Assembly (NCBI GenBank): GCA_031409275.1
Contig: JANNXA010000014.1
Coordinates: 1-64,000 of the forward strand
Origin: Planctomycetota bacterium
GTDB taxonomy: Bacteria > Planctomycetota > B15-G4 > SIAN01
Direction: 5' to 3'
Length of the DNA stretch: 64,000 bases
The notes under the pieces are model-generated. The model was not told where the DNA came from and did no database searches. It worked only from the letters and a program-made list of their open reading frames with translations. Below are positions 30,040-39,285 of the stretch, piece by piece. Numbering within the stretch: position 1 is the first letter of the stretch; every line of letters begins with the position of its first letter. The position numbers and the translations under genes were made by a program.

Positions 30040-31775
30040 GTGCCCTGGCCCTCCTCGCAGCCGCGTTGCTGCCGCGAATCGTCCTCCAAGAAGCAGGCGG
30101 CGGGACATCGCGGCCACTCCTCCCGCGAATCGACGCGCCCTCTTCGGCACTCGCTTGGCGCGTCACCGCACTCTCCGCAGCAGCAGGCGAAGGGGCCGCC
30201 GCGGCCGCCGAGTTCCTCGCGGCCGCGTTGCCGGCGGCGGTCGATCTGCCGCTGCGCTGGGCGATCAACCACGAGGAGTTCGGGCGCGAAACGGGCATCA
30301 GCCTCGAACTCCTCGACGACCCGGCACGCGGGCCCGTCACCTTCACCTTCGGCAGCGGCGGCCGCGACGAGCAAGGCTGCGCGTGGCCGCTCGACGAGGC
30401 GACGGCGTGGCGAACCGCGCGACGGGCCGGCGCGCTCGCCGCGTTGCGACGGCTCGCCGCGGAGGTCGCGCCCGCGCGGCGCGCGGCATTGGCCGAGCAT
30501 CTGTCCGATGCCGATTTCGCCAGCGACGCGCACGTCCGCTGCATCGCGCTGGTGCAAAGCGGGTTCGCGTTGCCAAACGACTTCGAGCTCGCGGAGGCTC
30601 GCACCTCGCCCGAGTTGGTCCGACTGCTCGAGGGAAGTCGGCTCGCCGTCGTGCTCGCGACGTCATCGCCGGCCCGATCCGCGCGCAGCTCCCTTTGGCG
30701 TTCGAACGACCGAACGGCATGGGAGGCGGCGTTGCGCGCCGCGCCGCCGCGATCCGCGCCCCACCTTCACCGCGATCCGCCGCGCGACTTGAAGGGGTTC
30801 TGTTTCGCGCATGAAGGCTACGGCTGGATCGACGGCTACGGGTCACGCGCGGCGCAGCGCTCGCTCGCGGCGCTGCGAGACGTCGGGGCCAACTCCGTCA
30901 GCATCACCCCCTTCGCCTTCCAGCGTGACATCGCGGCGCCGACGATCCAGATGCTGCACGAGCGCAAAGGTGGCCGCTTCGCTCCGGAGAGCGACGGCGC
31001 CGTCGCCGCCACCATCGCCGACGCGCAAGCGCTCGGGCTCACCGTGATCCTGAAGCCCCACCTCTGGTGCGGCCACGGCCACTGGTGCGGCGAGATCGCG
31101 ATGCGCGATGAGCCGGCATGGAGCGCCTGGTTCGCCGAGTTCGAGCGCTTCGTGCTGCACTACGCGCTCCTCGCGCAACGGCTGCACGTCCCGGTGCTCG
31201 CGGTCGCGACCGAACTGCCCGGCACGACCGCGCGCGAAACGCAGTGGCGCGCCTTGATCGCGCGCGTGCGCGCGGTCTATGGCGGCGTGGTCACCTACTG
31301 CGCGAACTGGGGCACGGAGCTCGCCAACCTGCCGTTCTGGGACTCCTTCGATGCGGTTGGCGTCTCGGCCTATTGGCCGCTGGCCGACCGATCGGGTGCC
31401 TCGCTCGACGAGGTCGCGAAGCGCTTCTCGAGCTTGCAGGACGAACTCGACGCCAGGCGTCGCCTGCTGGGCAAGCCGATCTGGTTCCTCGAAGTCGGTT
31501 TCCCTGACGTCAGCGAACCGTGGCGAACGCCGCATGCGCATGACGGCACCTTCGACGAAGGGGCCGATCAGGGCCGCGCCTACGAGATGGTGCTGGCGGC
31601 GACGGCGCACCGAGCGCTTCCCGACGCGCTCTTCTGGTGGAAGTGGCCGAGCGACCTCGATCGCCTTCCGCCGGGACAGCGCCACGACTTCTGGCCGTGC
31701 GGGCGCGCCGCCGAATCGGCGTTGCGTCGCGCTTGGGGCGCGCGCCAGGAAAGCGACGACGGCGGCCGACGCTGA
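30036..31775 (+). CDS. Glycoside hydrolase family 113-like protein with unknown N-terminal domain
   Basis: GANSVSITPF, VILKPHLW, WCGEI, ATEL, TYCANW, SAYWPL, FLEVG and WWKW motifs. Confidence 0.75.
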   Translation: MSALALLAAALLPRIVLQEAGGGTSRPLLPRIDAPSSALAWRVTALSAAAGEGAAAAAEFLAAALPAAVDLPLRWAINHEEFGRETGISLELLDDPARGPVTFTFGSGGRDEQGCAWPLDEATAWRTARRAGALAALRRLAAEVAPARRAALAEHLSDADFASDAHVRCIALVQSGFALPNDFELAEARTSPELVRLLEGSRLAVVLATSSPARSARSSLWRSNDRTAWEAALRAAPPRSAPHLHRDPPRDLKGFCFAHEGYGWIDGYGSRAAQRSLAALRDVGANSVSITPFAFQRDIAAPTIQMLHERKGGRFAPESDGAVAATIADAQALGLTVILKPHLWCGHGHWCGEIAMRDEPAWSAWFAEFERFVLHYALLAQRLHVPVLAVATELPGTTARETQWRALIARVRAVYGGVVTYCANWGTELANLPFWDSFDAVGVSAYWPLADRSGASLDEVAKRFSSLQDELDARRRLLGKPIWFLEVGFPDVSEPWRTPHAHDGTFDEGADQGRAYEMVLAATAHRALPDALFWWKWPSDLDRLPPGQRHDFWPCGRAAESALRRAWGARQESDDGGRR

Positions 31776-31811
31776 TGCATCCGCCGCCGTCGCGATCGAA
31801 GATCGAGCGCG

Positions 31812-32072
31812 TCAGGTCGTGACAGGGGCCGGGCGTTGGCGCCGCGGCTGCTTGGTCACGAACCCCTTCTTGATGCACGCCGTGCACACCAGGATGCGGG
31901 TGTACTTGCCGTTGACGACGGCATGCACCTTCTGGAGGTTCGGTTTGAAGGTGCGCCGACGGATGCCGGTGGTCTTGAGACCGATGCCGCCTTCCTTCTT
32001 CGGGAGACCGCGGCGGGTCACCTTGTTGCCGACCTGGGTCTTCTTCGGGCAGTAGTGGCACTGGAAAGGCAC
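31812..32072 (-). CDS. rpmB: 50S ribosomal protein L28
   Basis: GTG start with GGAGG; CHYC...GNKVTRRG...RRTFKPNLQ...CTACIK. Confidence 0.95.
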   Translation of the reverse strand: MPFQCHYCPKKTQVGNKVTRRGLPKKEGGIGLKTTGIRRRTFKPNLQKVHAVVNGKYTRILVCTACIKKGFVTKQPRRQRPAPVTT

Positions 32073-32150
32073 GGCGCGAACCTCCGCAAGCGGGACCAGG
32101 GGAAGCCGTAGGAGACGGCGCGCCTGAGACCGGTGGAACGAGGGGGCGGA

Positions 32151-32178
32151 ATTGTACGGACGATCGGCCGCACGGCAA
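32151..32178 (-). promoter_or_regulatory. Putative sigma-70 promoter of rpmB
   Basis: Minus strand TTGCCG-N16-TACAAT followed by a GC-rich discriminator. Confidence 0.55.
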
Positions 32179-32230
32179 GCCGGCCGTCGCCGAGCGGACG
32201 ATTCCCTGGGCAATTCGCCCGGAGCGCCCG

Positions 32231-33304
32231 TCAGGTCCGGACGCTGTCGAACAAGCTGATGCCGAGCGCGCCGAACAGGAGCGGTGCGAACCACGCCGCC
32301 AGCACCGGGTGGATCTTCGACTCCCCGAGCGCCCGCATCGCCGCATCGACACCGAAATAGGCCACGCAGAGGAAGAAGGCGATCGCGAAGCCCTGCATGA
32401 CCCGCTGGCGGTCGTAGCGGAGCACGAAGGGCAGCGCGAGCAGCAGCAGGAGCAGGTTCGCCAGCGGGAACGCGACGTGGAAGTGGAGCAGGACCTGGAA
32501 GCGCGACTGGCCGGTGGCGGCGAACAGCTCCGCGAGATCGGCGAAGGAGAGGTCGAACGGTTCCTTCTCCTGCGCGCCGATCCGCCGCGGCGTGAGGTCG
32601 CTCACCAGCAGCGGCAGGCGCTTCTCCTCGCGGCCATGCGCGTCGTCGAGGATGCGCAGGACGCCCCCGTCCATCGTCCAACCACCGCGAGCGGCGTCGT
32701 AGCGCGCGTCCTTGAGATCGATGATCTCGACGCGATCGCCTTCGACGGCGCGCACCGATGCGTGGAGCAACGTGCCGCTGACCGGCTCGATCTCGATCCC
32801 TGACCAGTAGCGCCCCTGACCATCCTCGAACTGCGCGCGCACGGTCAGGCCGCGATCCCCGTCCCGCAGGAAGCACTGTCGCGCCAGGCGCCGATCGGAC
32901 GCCGCCGGCGCGACGAACTCCTGCACCAGCAACATCGCCACCGTCAGCACTCCGGCGACGATGAAGAGCGGGCGCAGCAGGCGAAAGATGCTGCGACCCG
33001 ACATCAGCACCGGGATCAGCTCGTTCTGGCGATTCAGGCGCGCGACCGCCGAGATCGCGCCGATCACCGTCACGAATGGCAGCACCTGCAGGAAGATCGC
33101 AGGCGACTTGTAGAGGTAGAAGCCGGCGACCCACGCGACCATCGTGCGCGCCGGGATCGCATGCTTCTGCGCGGTGTCGACGAACTCGTCGGCGTTGGCG
33201 AACAGGTCGATCACCATGAAGAAGCCGAAGAAGAAGATGAACGTCACCGCGAGCGAACCGAGGAAGCAGCGCACGACGTAGCGATCGAGCAGGTCGAACT
33301 TCAT
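32231..33304 (-). CDS. lptG: LPS export ABC permease, LptF/LptG family (second gene)
   Basis: LLDRYV start, NELIPVLMSGRS and 3+3 TM topology with a periplasmic insert. Confidence 0.85.
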   Translation of the reverse strand: MKFDLLDRYVVRCFLGSLAVTFIFFFGFFMVIDLFANADEFVDTAQKHAIPARTMVAWVAGFYLYKSPAIFLQVLPFVTVIGAISAVARLNRQNELIPVLMSGRSIFRLLRPLFIVAGVLTVAMLLVQEFVAPAASDRRLARQCFLRDGDRGLTVRAQFEDGQGRYWSGIEIEPVSGTLLHASVRAVEGDRVEIIDLKDARYDAARGGWTMDGGVLRILDDAHGREEKRLPLLVSDLTPRRIGAQEKEPFDLSFADLAELFAATGQSRFQVLLHFHVAFPLANLLLLLLALPFVLRYDRQRVMQGFAIAFFLCVAYFGVDAAMRALGESKIHPVLAAWFAPLLFGALGISLFDSVRT

Positions 33305-34458
33305 CGCCGCACCACGAACGTGAGCAACGAGATGCCGATCGCCGCCAGAAGGAGATTGCCGCTCCAGCAGGCGAGCAACGGCGACACGAGCTGCTTGCTC
33401 ATCAGCACGGTGGCGAGCCGCTCGGTCGGGTAGAAGACGAAGAGCCCGATCATGCTGGCCAGCAGGAAGGCGATCAGGCGATTGCCGCTGCGGAAGACCA
33501 GTGCCAGCGGCACACCGAGCAGCAGGAAGACGAGCGGCGTCGCCGCGCGCGCGAAGCGCTGATGGATGCGCCCCTCGACCTCCACGACGTCGAAGCGGCG
33601 CAGCAGCGACTCCCCCGACAGCGGTGACGTCTCCAGCGACCGTGCGTGCAGCGCCAACAGCTCAGGCAGCGACTGCATCTTGAGTCGCCCGCGCTCGGTG
33701 TCGAAGTCGAGATCGACGGTCACCACCATCGCATCCTGCTGCGCCTCCTTCACCACGCCGGAGAGGCCGCGCGGCTTCTCGAGCCGCAGCACCAGCCGAC
33801 CGTGCTCCTCATCGAAACGCGCCACGGCGCGGTCGGCGCGGACGTGAGTGGTGACAGGCGCTCGCGCCGTTTCGCCGGACGCGTCCCCTTCAGGCTGCTC
33901 CGTCGTCTCGAGCAGCACCGACTCGAGTTCGACGCCGCCGCCCTCCAGCACGCGAATGTGCTCCCAGAAAAGCCGGCGTTGCGAACGCTTGTCGCCGAAA
34001 TCGACGCACCGTTCGCCCGCCGCGATGCGCTTCTCGAGCAGGACCTTGAGCGTCCCTTCCTGCGCCGGGAGCACGCCAAGCTGGTGCATCGCCCATGGCG
34101 ACCAGCGGCTCTCCGATTCGAAGATGACCGCGCCCAGCAGCACGGAGATCAGCACTCCCGGCCAGATCAGGCGATAGGGATGGATGCCGCTCGCCTTGAG
34201 CGTCGTGATCTCGTGGTCGGCCGCGGCGCGGCCGTAGACGAAGACCACCGCGATCAGCAGCGCCAGCGGCAGCAGGAAGGTCAGCGACTGGACCATCGTG
34301 TAGCGGACCAGCGAAAGATAGAGCAGCAGGTCGACTTCGGGGTGCTTGTAGAAGACGACGCCGGCGATCGCGAGCAACGCAACGGTCGTAATCACCCCGA
34401 GGATGAAGACCAGGTTGGTCACGAGTTCGAACAGGAAGCGGCGATCGAGGATGGTCAG
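33301..34458 (-). CDS. lptF: LPS export ABC permease, LptF/LptG family (first gene); probable CTG start
   Basis: (M)TILDRRFL, DHEITTLKASGI and LGVPLA; GGAG-N6-CTG at 34458. Alternative ATG at 34515. Confidence 0.85.
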   Translation of the reverse strand: MTILDRRFLFELVTNLVFILGVITTVALLAIAGVVFYKHPEVDLLLYLSLVRYTMVQSLTFLLPLALLIAVVFVYGRAAADHEITTLKASGIHPYRLIWPGVLISVLLGAVIFESESRWSPWAMHQLGVLPAQEGTLKVLLEKRIAAGERCVDFGDKRSQRRLFWEHIRVLEGGGVELESVLLETTEQPEGDASGETARAPVTTHVRADRAVARFDEEHGRLVLRLEKPRGLSGVVKEAQQDAMVVTVDLDFDTERGRLKMQSLPELLALHARSLETSPLSGESLLRRFDVVEVEGRIHQRFARAATPLVFLLLGVPLALVFRSGNRLIAFLLASMIGLFVFYPTERLATVLMSKQLVSPLLACWSGNLLLAAIGISLLTFVVRR

Positions 34459-34502
34459 AGGGCGCTCCGGTGGGAGGGGGACTATTGTTCCGCGGCAACG
34501 CC

Positions 34503-36014
34503 GTGAACCAAGCATTGCCTCTGATCTCGACGGACGCAGAGCTGCCGCGCGCGGAGTTCGTCGCGCTCGCGGCCGCACCGCGCCCGCCTGCCGTGGGTGG
34601 ACGGGCAGCCCGCCCACGCGCGGTCGAGCGGGTCGCCTCGAGCATCGGCGCGCTGGCTCGCAAGGTCTATCCACGCCGCGCCGGTTCGCGCCCGGCCGCG
34701 CGTGAAGCAGGTCGGGCAATCGAACTGCGTGCCGCAGGCGTGCGCGTCCCGGAGCCGATCGCTTGGGGCGAAGGCGGGCCCGATGGCGCCGCCGTCCTCT
34801 TCACGGCCTGGATCGACGCGGCGCGCGACCTCGCGTCGACCTGGGAAGCGAGCGACGCGCGCGCCGGCCGGAAGCTCGCGCGCGAACTCGGCGCCCTGAT
34901 CGGCGCGCTCCATCGCACCGGCTTCGCGCACGGCGACCTCCACTGCGGCAACGTCCTGATCGAACCGTCGGGCACGGCGTGGCTGATCGACCTCGGACGC
35001 ACCCGTCGCGCCGGAGCCGGCGCGCGCGATGCCGATCTCCACGCGCTCTACCACCACTTCGCGTGGCGCACACGGGCGGTCGATCGGATGCGCTTCCTGG
35101 TCGCGCACGGGGCGTTGCCGACACAACGCCGCGAGCGCCGGGCGCGACTGCGCGCGCTGGCCGCGGCGGCCGAGAAGTCGCGCCAACGTTTCCTGCGCCA
35201 CCATGAGCGACGCTGCGATGGGCGCGGCCGCGCCTTCGCGCGCTTCGACGGCCCGCTCGTCCGCGGCGTCGAACGCGCCGACCTTCCGACCGCTCTGCGC
35301 GACGGCCTGCGCCGGCTGTGGGCGGACGGGTTGCACGCGCTGCCCGCCGCGCTGAAGAAGGCCGGAGCCAAGGTGATCCACGCCACTCGCGAGAGCACGG
35401 TGTGGCGCCTCGAGCTCGCCGGCCACGCGTTGGCGATCAAGTGGTTCGACGATCGCGGACGGCTGCGCCGAGCCTGGCGTGGCAGCCGGGCGCGACGCGC
35501 CTGGCGCAACCACTTCCGCTTCGAGATGGCTGCGGTCCCAAGCGCCCGCGCCTGGCTCTTCGCGGAGAGCCGCTCCGTCGCCCGCCCCCCGCAGAGCGTC
35601 CTGGTCACGACCTTCCTCGACGGCTTCCAACGCCTGTCCGACGCACAGCCGGCGCAGGCGCCATGGCGCGCCCTCGCGGCGGCGCTGTCCCGCCTCCACG
35701 ACGAAGGGCTCTCCAATCGAGATCTGAAGGCGGAGAACGTCCTCGTTGCATTGGACGGGTCGTCGCTCGCGCTGATCGATCTCGATGGCGTGCGCCGGCG
35801 CCCGCCGACCCTCGACCGCGTGGCGCGCGACCTGATGCGCCTCAACGCTTCCTTTCCGGACGCGCGGACGGTGACATGGCGCCTGCGCCTCACGTTCCTC
35901 GCCGCCTACCGGCAGGCGCGACGGCGCGCGCGGCCGCCCATGCGCGAGCTGCGCGACGCGGTGGCCCACCTCACGGCGATCAAGTGGCAGCTTCGGCCGA
36001 ACGTTCCGCGCTGA
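34503..36014 (+). CDS. Tandem-domain lipopolysaccharide kinase (Kdo/WaaP/InaA family)
   Basis: Two kinase catalytic sets: HGDLHCGNVL/LIDLG and NRDLKAENVL/LIDLDG. Start uncertain. Confidence 0.8.
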   Translation: MNQALPLISTDAELPRAEFVALAAAPRPPAVGGRAARPRAVERVASSIGALARKVYPRRAGSRPAAREAGRAIELRAAGVRVPEPIAWGEGGPDGAAVLFTAWIDAARDLASTWEASDARAGRKLARELGALIGALHRTGFAHGDLHCGNVLIEPSGTAWLIDLGRTRRAGAGARDADLHALYHHFAWRTRAVDRMRFLVAHGALPTQRRERRARLRALAAAAEKSRQRFLRHHERRCDGRGRAFARFDGPLVRGVERADLPTALRDGLRRLWADGLHALPAALKKAGAKVIHATRESTVWRLELAGHALAIKWFDDRGRLRRAWRGSRARRAWRNHFRFEMAAVPSARAWLFAESRSVARPPQSVLVTTFLDGFQRLSDAQPAQAPWRALAAALSRLHDEGLSNRDLKAENVLVALDGSSLALIDLDGVRRRPPTLDRVARDLMRLNASFPDARTVTWRLRLTFLAAYRQARRRARPPMRELRDAVAHLTAIKWQLRPNVPR

Positions 36015-37801
36015 GATGGGTCTTCCGCCGTCCGCTGGAACGGCGCGGTCGGCTGGCAGCGCTCTTCCTCGCCTCGCTCGGCGGAGCGCTTCTGGGCGGC
36101 GCTTCGCTCACGTCCGCCTACCCGCTACTGGTGATCCTGTTCGATGCGCAGTGGACGCAACGGCTCGCGGCGATCGCCGAACGTGCGCCACCGCTGCTGC
36201 TGCCGCTCGCGCGCGGACTCGTGGCGCTCGCGACCGGCGGCGATCCGCTCCACGCGCTCAGCTGGGTGCTGGGGCTGCTCGTGGCGGCGATGCTGCTCGC
36301 GGCGCTGCTGCAACTGGCGCAAGACTGGATCGCAGCGCCGCTGGTGCATGACGCGGTGAGAGCGGTGGCGACCGAGGCGCACGAAGCGCTGTTGCAAGGG
36401 GCCGGCGCCGACACGCCGCAAGGCGCGCTGCTGGCCCTCTTCACCGCCGACCTCGACGCGCTGCGCGTCACCTTGCAGAAGGTCTTCAGCAAGGTGGTGC
36501 ACGAGCCCTTCAAGCTGGCGTTCTCGCTGGTGCTGCTGGTCGCCATCGACGCCCGCCTCGCCTTGGTGATGGGCCTCCTCTTCCCGATCGCGGCCGGCGC
36601 GATCCTCTTCCTGTCGCGGCGACTGCGCGACCGCGCGCGCCGGACCTTGGCGCAGACGGGCAGCCTCGTCGCGCTGGTCGAGGAGGGGCTGCGCGGACGT
36701 CGCGTCGTGCGCGCGCACGGCCTCGAATCGCGCGAACGGCAGCGTTTCGCCGAGGTGCAGCTCGAGTTGACGGGCAATCAGGTCGCGCTCGATCGCCACG
36801 AAGCGCTGTCGAGCCCGCTGCTCGAGCTGCTGGTGTCGCTGGCGGCGGCGGCGGTGATCCTGGTGGGAGCGCAGCGCGTCGTCGCTCGCGAACTCTCCGC
36901 CGAGGCGCTGCTGACCTTCTTCGCCGTGCTGGCGTCGATGCTCGATCCGATGCGCAAGCTCGCCGACACACAGGTACGCACGCGCCGCGGCGCCGCAGCG
37001 GCCGTCCGCCTCAAGTCGTTGGTCGATTCGGTTCCGGCCACGCCGCCGATCCACGGCACGCTTCCCTTCCCGCGTCTCGTGCGCGGGATCGAATTCCACC
37101 ACGTCGCCGCGCACGCCGCCAACGGCGCCAAGCTGCTGACCGACATCAGCCTGGTGGCGCGGCCGGGCGAGGTGGTCCTGGTGGCCGGACGCTCGGGCGC
37201 CGGCAAGTCGACGCTGCTCGACCTGCTGGCGGGACTGCGCCGCTACGATGCCGGCTCGATCGCGATCGACGGTGCGCCGCTGCAGGAACTCGACGCCGCC
37301 GGCTTCCGCGCGCGCATCGGCATGGTGACGCAGGAGACGTTCTTGTTCCGCGGGACGATCGAAGAGAACGTCACCCTCGGCGCGGCCCCGCGCGGGGTCG
37401 CGCTGCACGAGGCGCTGGCAGGCGCCGGCCTCGCGCCGCTCGTCGCGACGCTGCCGCTCGGCGCCGCGACGCCGGTCGAGTCGCGCGCCTTCTCGGCCGG
37501 TGAACGGCAGCGCCTCGCCATCGCGCGCGCTCTCTATCGCGATCCGGCGCTGCTGCTGCTCGATGAAGCGACCAGCGCGCTCGACCGCCCGGTCGAGGAG
37601 AAGATCCTCGCCGGCCTCTTCGCGGCGCGCGCCGGCCGGATCACCTTCGTCGTCACCCACCGCCTCGCGAACGAGCTGCCGTTCGACCAAGTGCTCGTGC
37701 TCGACCACGGCGTCGTGGCGGCGCACGGCTCGCCGCGCGAGCTGCTCGAACGCTCGCCGCTCTACCGCGAGCTGCTCACCGGCGCAGCGGACGGCAACTG
37801 A
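35984..37801 (+). CDS. MsbA-like ABC exporter (TMD-NBD fusion)
   Basis: Multi-TM N-terminal half, Walker A GRSGAGKS, signature FSAGERQR, LLDEATSALD, H-loop VTHR. Start is GTG 35984 or CTG 36011. Confidence 0.88.
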   Translation: MAASAERSALRWVFRRPLERRGRLAALFLASLGGALLGGASLTSAYPLLVILFDAQWTQRLAAIAERAPPLLLPLARGLVALATGGDPLHALSWVLGLLVAAMLLAALLQLAQDWIAAPLVHDAVRAVATEAHEALLQGAGADTPQGALLALFTADLDALRVTLQKVFSKVVHEPFKLAFSLVLLVAIDARLALVMGLLFPIAAGAILFLSRRLRDRARRTLAQTGSLVALVEEGLRGRRVVRAHGLESRERQRFAEVQLELTGNQVALDRHEALSSPLLELLVSLAAAAVILVGAQRVVARELSAEALLTFFAVLASMLDPMRKLADTQVRTRRGAAAAVRLKSLVDSVPATPPIHGTLPFPRLVRGIEFHHVAAHAANGAKLLTDISLVARPGEVVLVAGRSGAGKSTLLDLLAGLRRYDAGSIAIDGAPLQELDAAGFRARIGMVTQETFLFRGTIEENVTLGAAPRGVALHEALAGAGLAPLVATLPLGAATPVESRAFSAGERQRLAIARALYRDPALLLLDEATSALDRPVEEKILAGLFAARAGRITFVVTHRLANELPFDQVLVLDHGVVAAHGSPRELLERSPLYRELLTGAADGN

Positions 37802-37808
37802 CCCGCCC

Positions 37809-38894
37809 ATGGCCGGCCGCATCCTCCTGCTCTCGGCGCCCCTCTCGATGCGCGGCACCAGCGTCTACACGGTGAGCCTCGCGCGCGAGCTCAAGCTGCG
37901 CGGGCACAAGGTCGCCGTGATGGCGCCGGGCGGCATCCTCGAGGCGGCGCTCGAAGATCAGGACCTGCCGCTGATCCGCGCGCCGATCCATGGACCGCTG
38001 TGGCGCGACCTGCTCTACCTGCCGACGTTGATCGAGCTGGCGCGCGACTTCGACCCCGAGCTGATCCACTCGCAGAGCCACCCGTTGGCCACGATCGGCT
38101 CGCTGATCGCACGGCAGCTTGGGGTCCCCGACGTGGTCACGGTGCACACGCCGCTGCAGCAGCCGCTGCGTCGTGCGCCGGGCGCGACGACGCATGCGAT
38201 CGCGGTGAGCGAGGACGTGCGCCAGGCGCTCGTGACCCACGGCCGCTTCCCGCGCGAACGGATCGCGGTGATCCCCAACGGCGTGGCCGCGAGCCTCTCC
38301 GCGCTCGATGAAGACGACCCGCTGCCCGACGAGCTGCCGGTCGTCGGCACCGTCGGCCGCATGGCGCCGGGTCGCGGCATCGAGACCTTCCTGGCCGCGG
38401 CGCGGCAGGTGCTCGACGACGGTGGCAAGGCGGCGTTCCTGATCCTCGGCGAGGGGCCGCAGGAGGCGGCGCTGCGGCGGCGCGTGCGCGAGCTCGACCT
38501 GTCCGCGCACGTGACCTTCGCGCTGCCGCGGGCGCGGCTTGCCGACCTGTTCCGACCGATCGACATCTTCGTCTCGGTGGGCGAGAGCGAGGGGCACGGG
38601 ATCTTCATCCTCTCGGCCATGGCGCAGGCGCGCGCGGTGATCTGCACGGGCGTCGGCGGCGTGGTCGCCTTCGTGCGCGATGGCGAGAACGGTTTGCTGG
38701 TGCCGCGCAGCAGCAAGGACGAGCTCGCCGCGCGCATCCGCGGGCTGCTCGACGCGCCGCAGGAACGGCGCCGGCTCGGCCGCGCGGCGCTGCGCGACGT
38801 CCGGGAGCAATTCCCGTTGCACGCCATGGCCGAAGAGACTCTGGCGACCTACGCGCGTGCCGCCGCAGCGCTGCCGGCGTCGAACTCCGTGTGA
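37809..38894 (+). CDS. Glycosyltransferase family 4
   Basis: LARELKLRGHKV, AVSEDV, VIPNGV, VGRM, EGHG...AMA and DGENGLLV motifs. Confidence 0.9.
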   Translation: MAGRILLLSAPLSMRGTSVYTVSLARELKLRGHKVAVMAPGGILEAALEDQDLPLIRAPIHGPLWRDLLYLPTLIELARDFDPELIHSQSHPLATIGSLIARQLGVPDVVTVHTPLQQPLRRAPGATTHAIAVSEDVRQALVTHGRFPRERIAVIPNGVAASLSALDEDDPLPDELPVVGTVGRMAPGRGIETFLAAARQVLDDGGKAAFLILGEGPQEAALRRRVRELDLSAHVTFALPRARLADLFRPIDIFVSVGESEGHGIFILSAMAQARAVICTGVGGVVAFVRDGENGLLVPRSSKDELAARIRGLLDAPQERRRLGRAALRDVREQFPLHAMAEETLATYARAAAALPASNSV

Positions 38895-39017
38895 GGGCGC
38901 GACGGAACGAACTTTCTTCACGTTCCGCTGCGGTCGGCCGCGCCGGCCAACCGATGCAGGGGCGTGCTATGTTCCGCCGCTTCTGTCCCGCGACGGAAGC
39001 CTGACTTGGAGCCCCGC

Positions 39018-39284
39018 TTGTCTGAAGTCGCTCTTGCTGCGCCGGTCGAGGCGCCGCCTCCGCCGCTGACCTTCATGCAGCGCCTGCACCGCTTCACCGA
39101 GCGGTTCGGCCACATGATGTCGCGTGTGATCCTGACGGTGCTCTACGTCACCCTCGTCGGCCCGGCCGGCGTGCTGCTGTCGCTGTTTTGCGATCCGCTC
39201 GCGATCAAGCGCTACCGCGGCTCGTCGTGGGCGGCATGGACGCGCACCAACGACACCCTCGAGCGCGCGCGGAGGCAGGACTGA
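39018..39284 (+). CDS. Small SxtJ-like membrane protein
   Basis: GHMMSRVILTVLY...PAG...DPL...SSW...RRQ pattern, directly before the carbamoyltransferase. TTG start after GGAG; alternative ATG 39075. Confidence 0.7.
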   Translation: MSEVALAAPVEAPPPPLTFMQRLHRFTERFGHMMSRVILTVLYVTLVGPAGVLLSLFCDPLAIKRYRGSSWAAWTRTNDTLERARRQD

Positions 39285-39285
39285 C

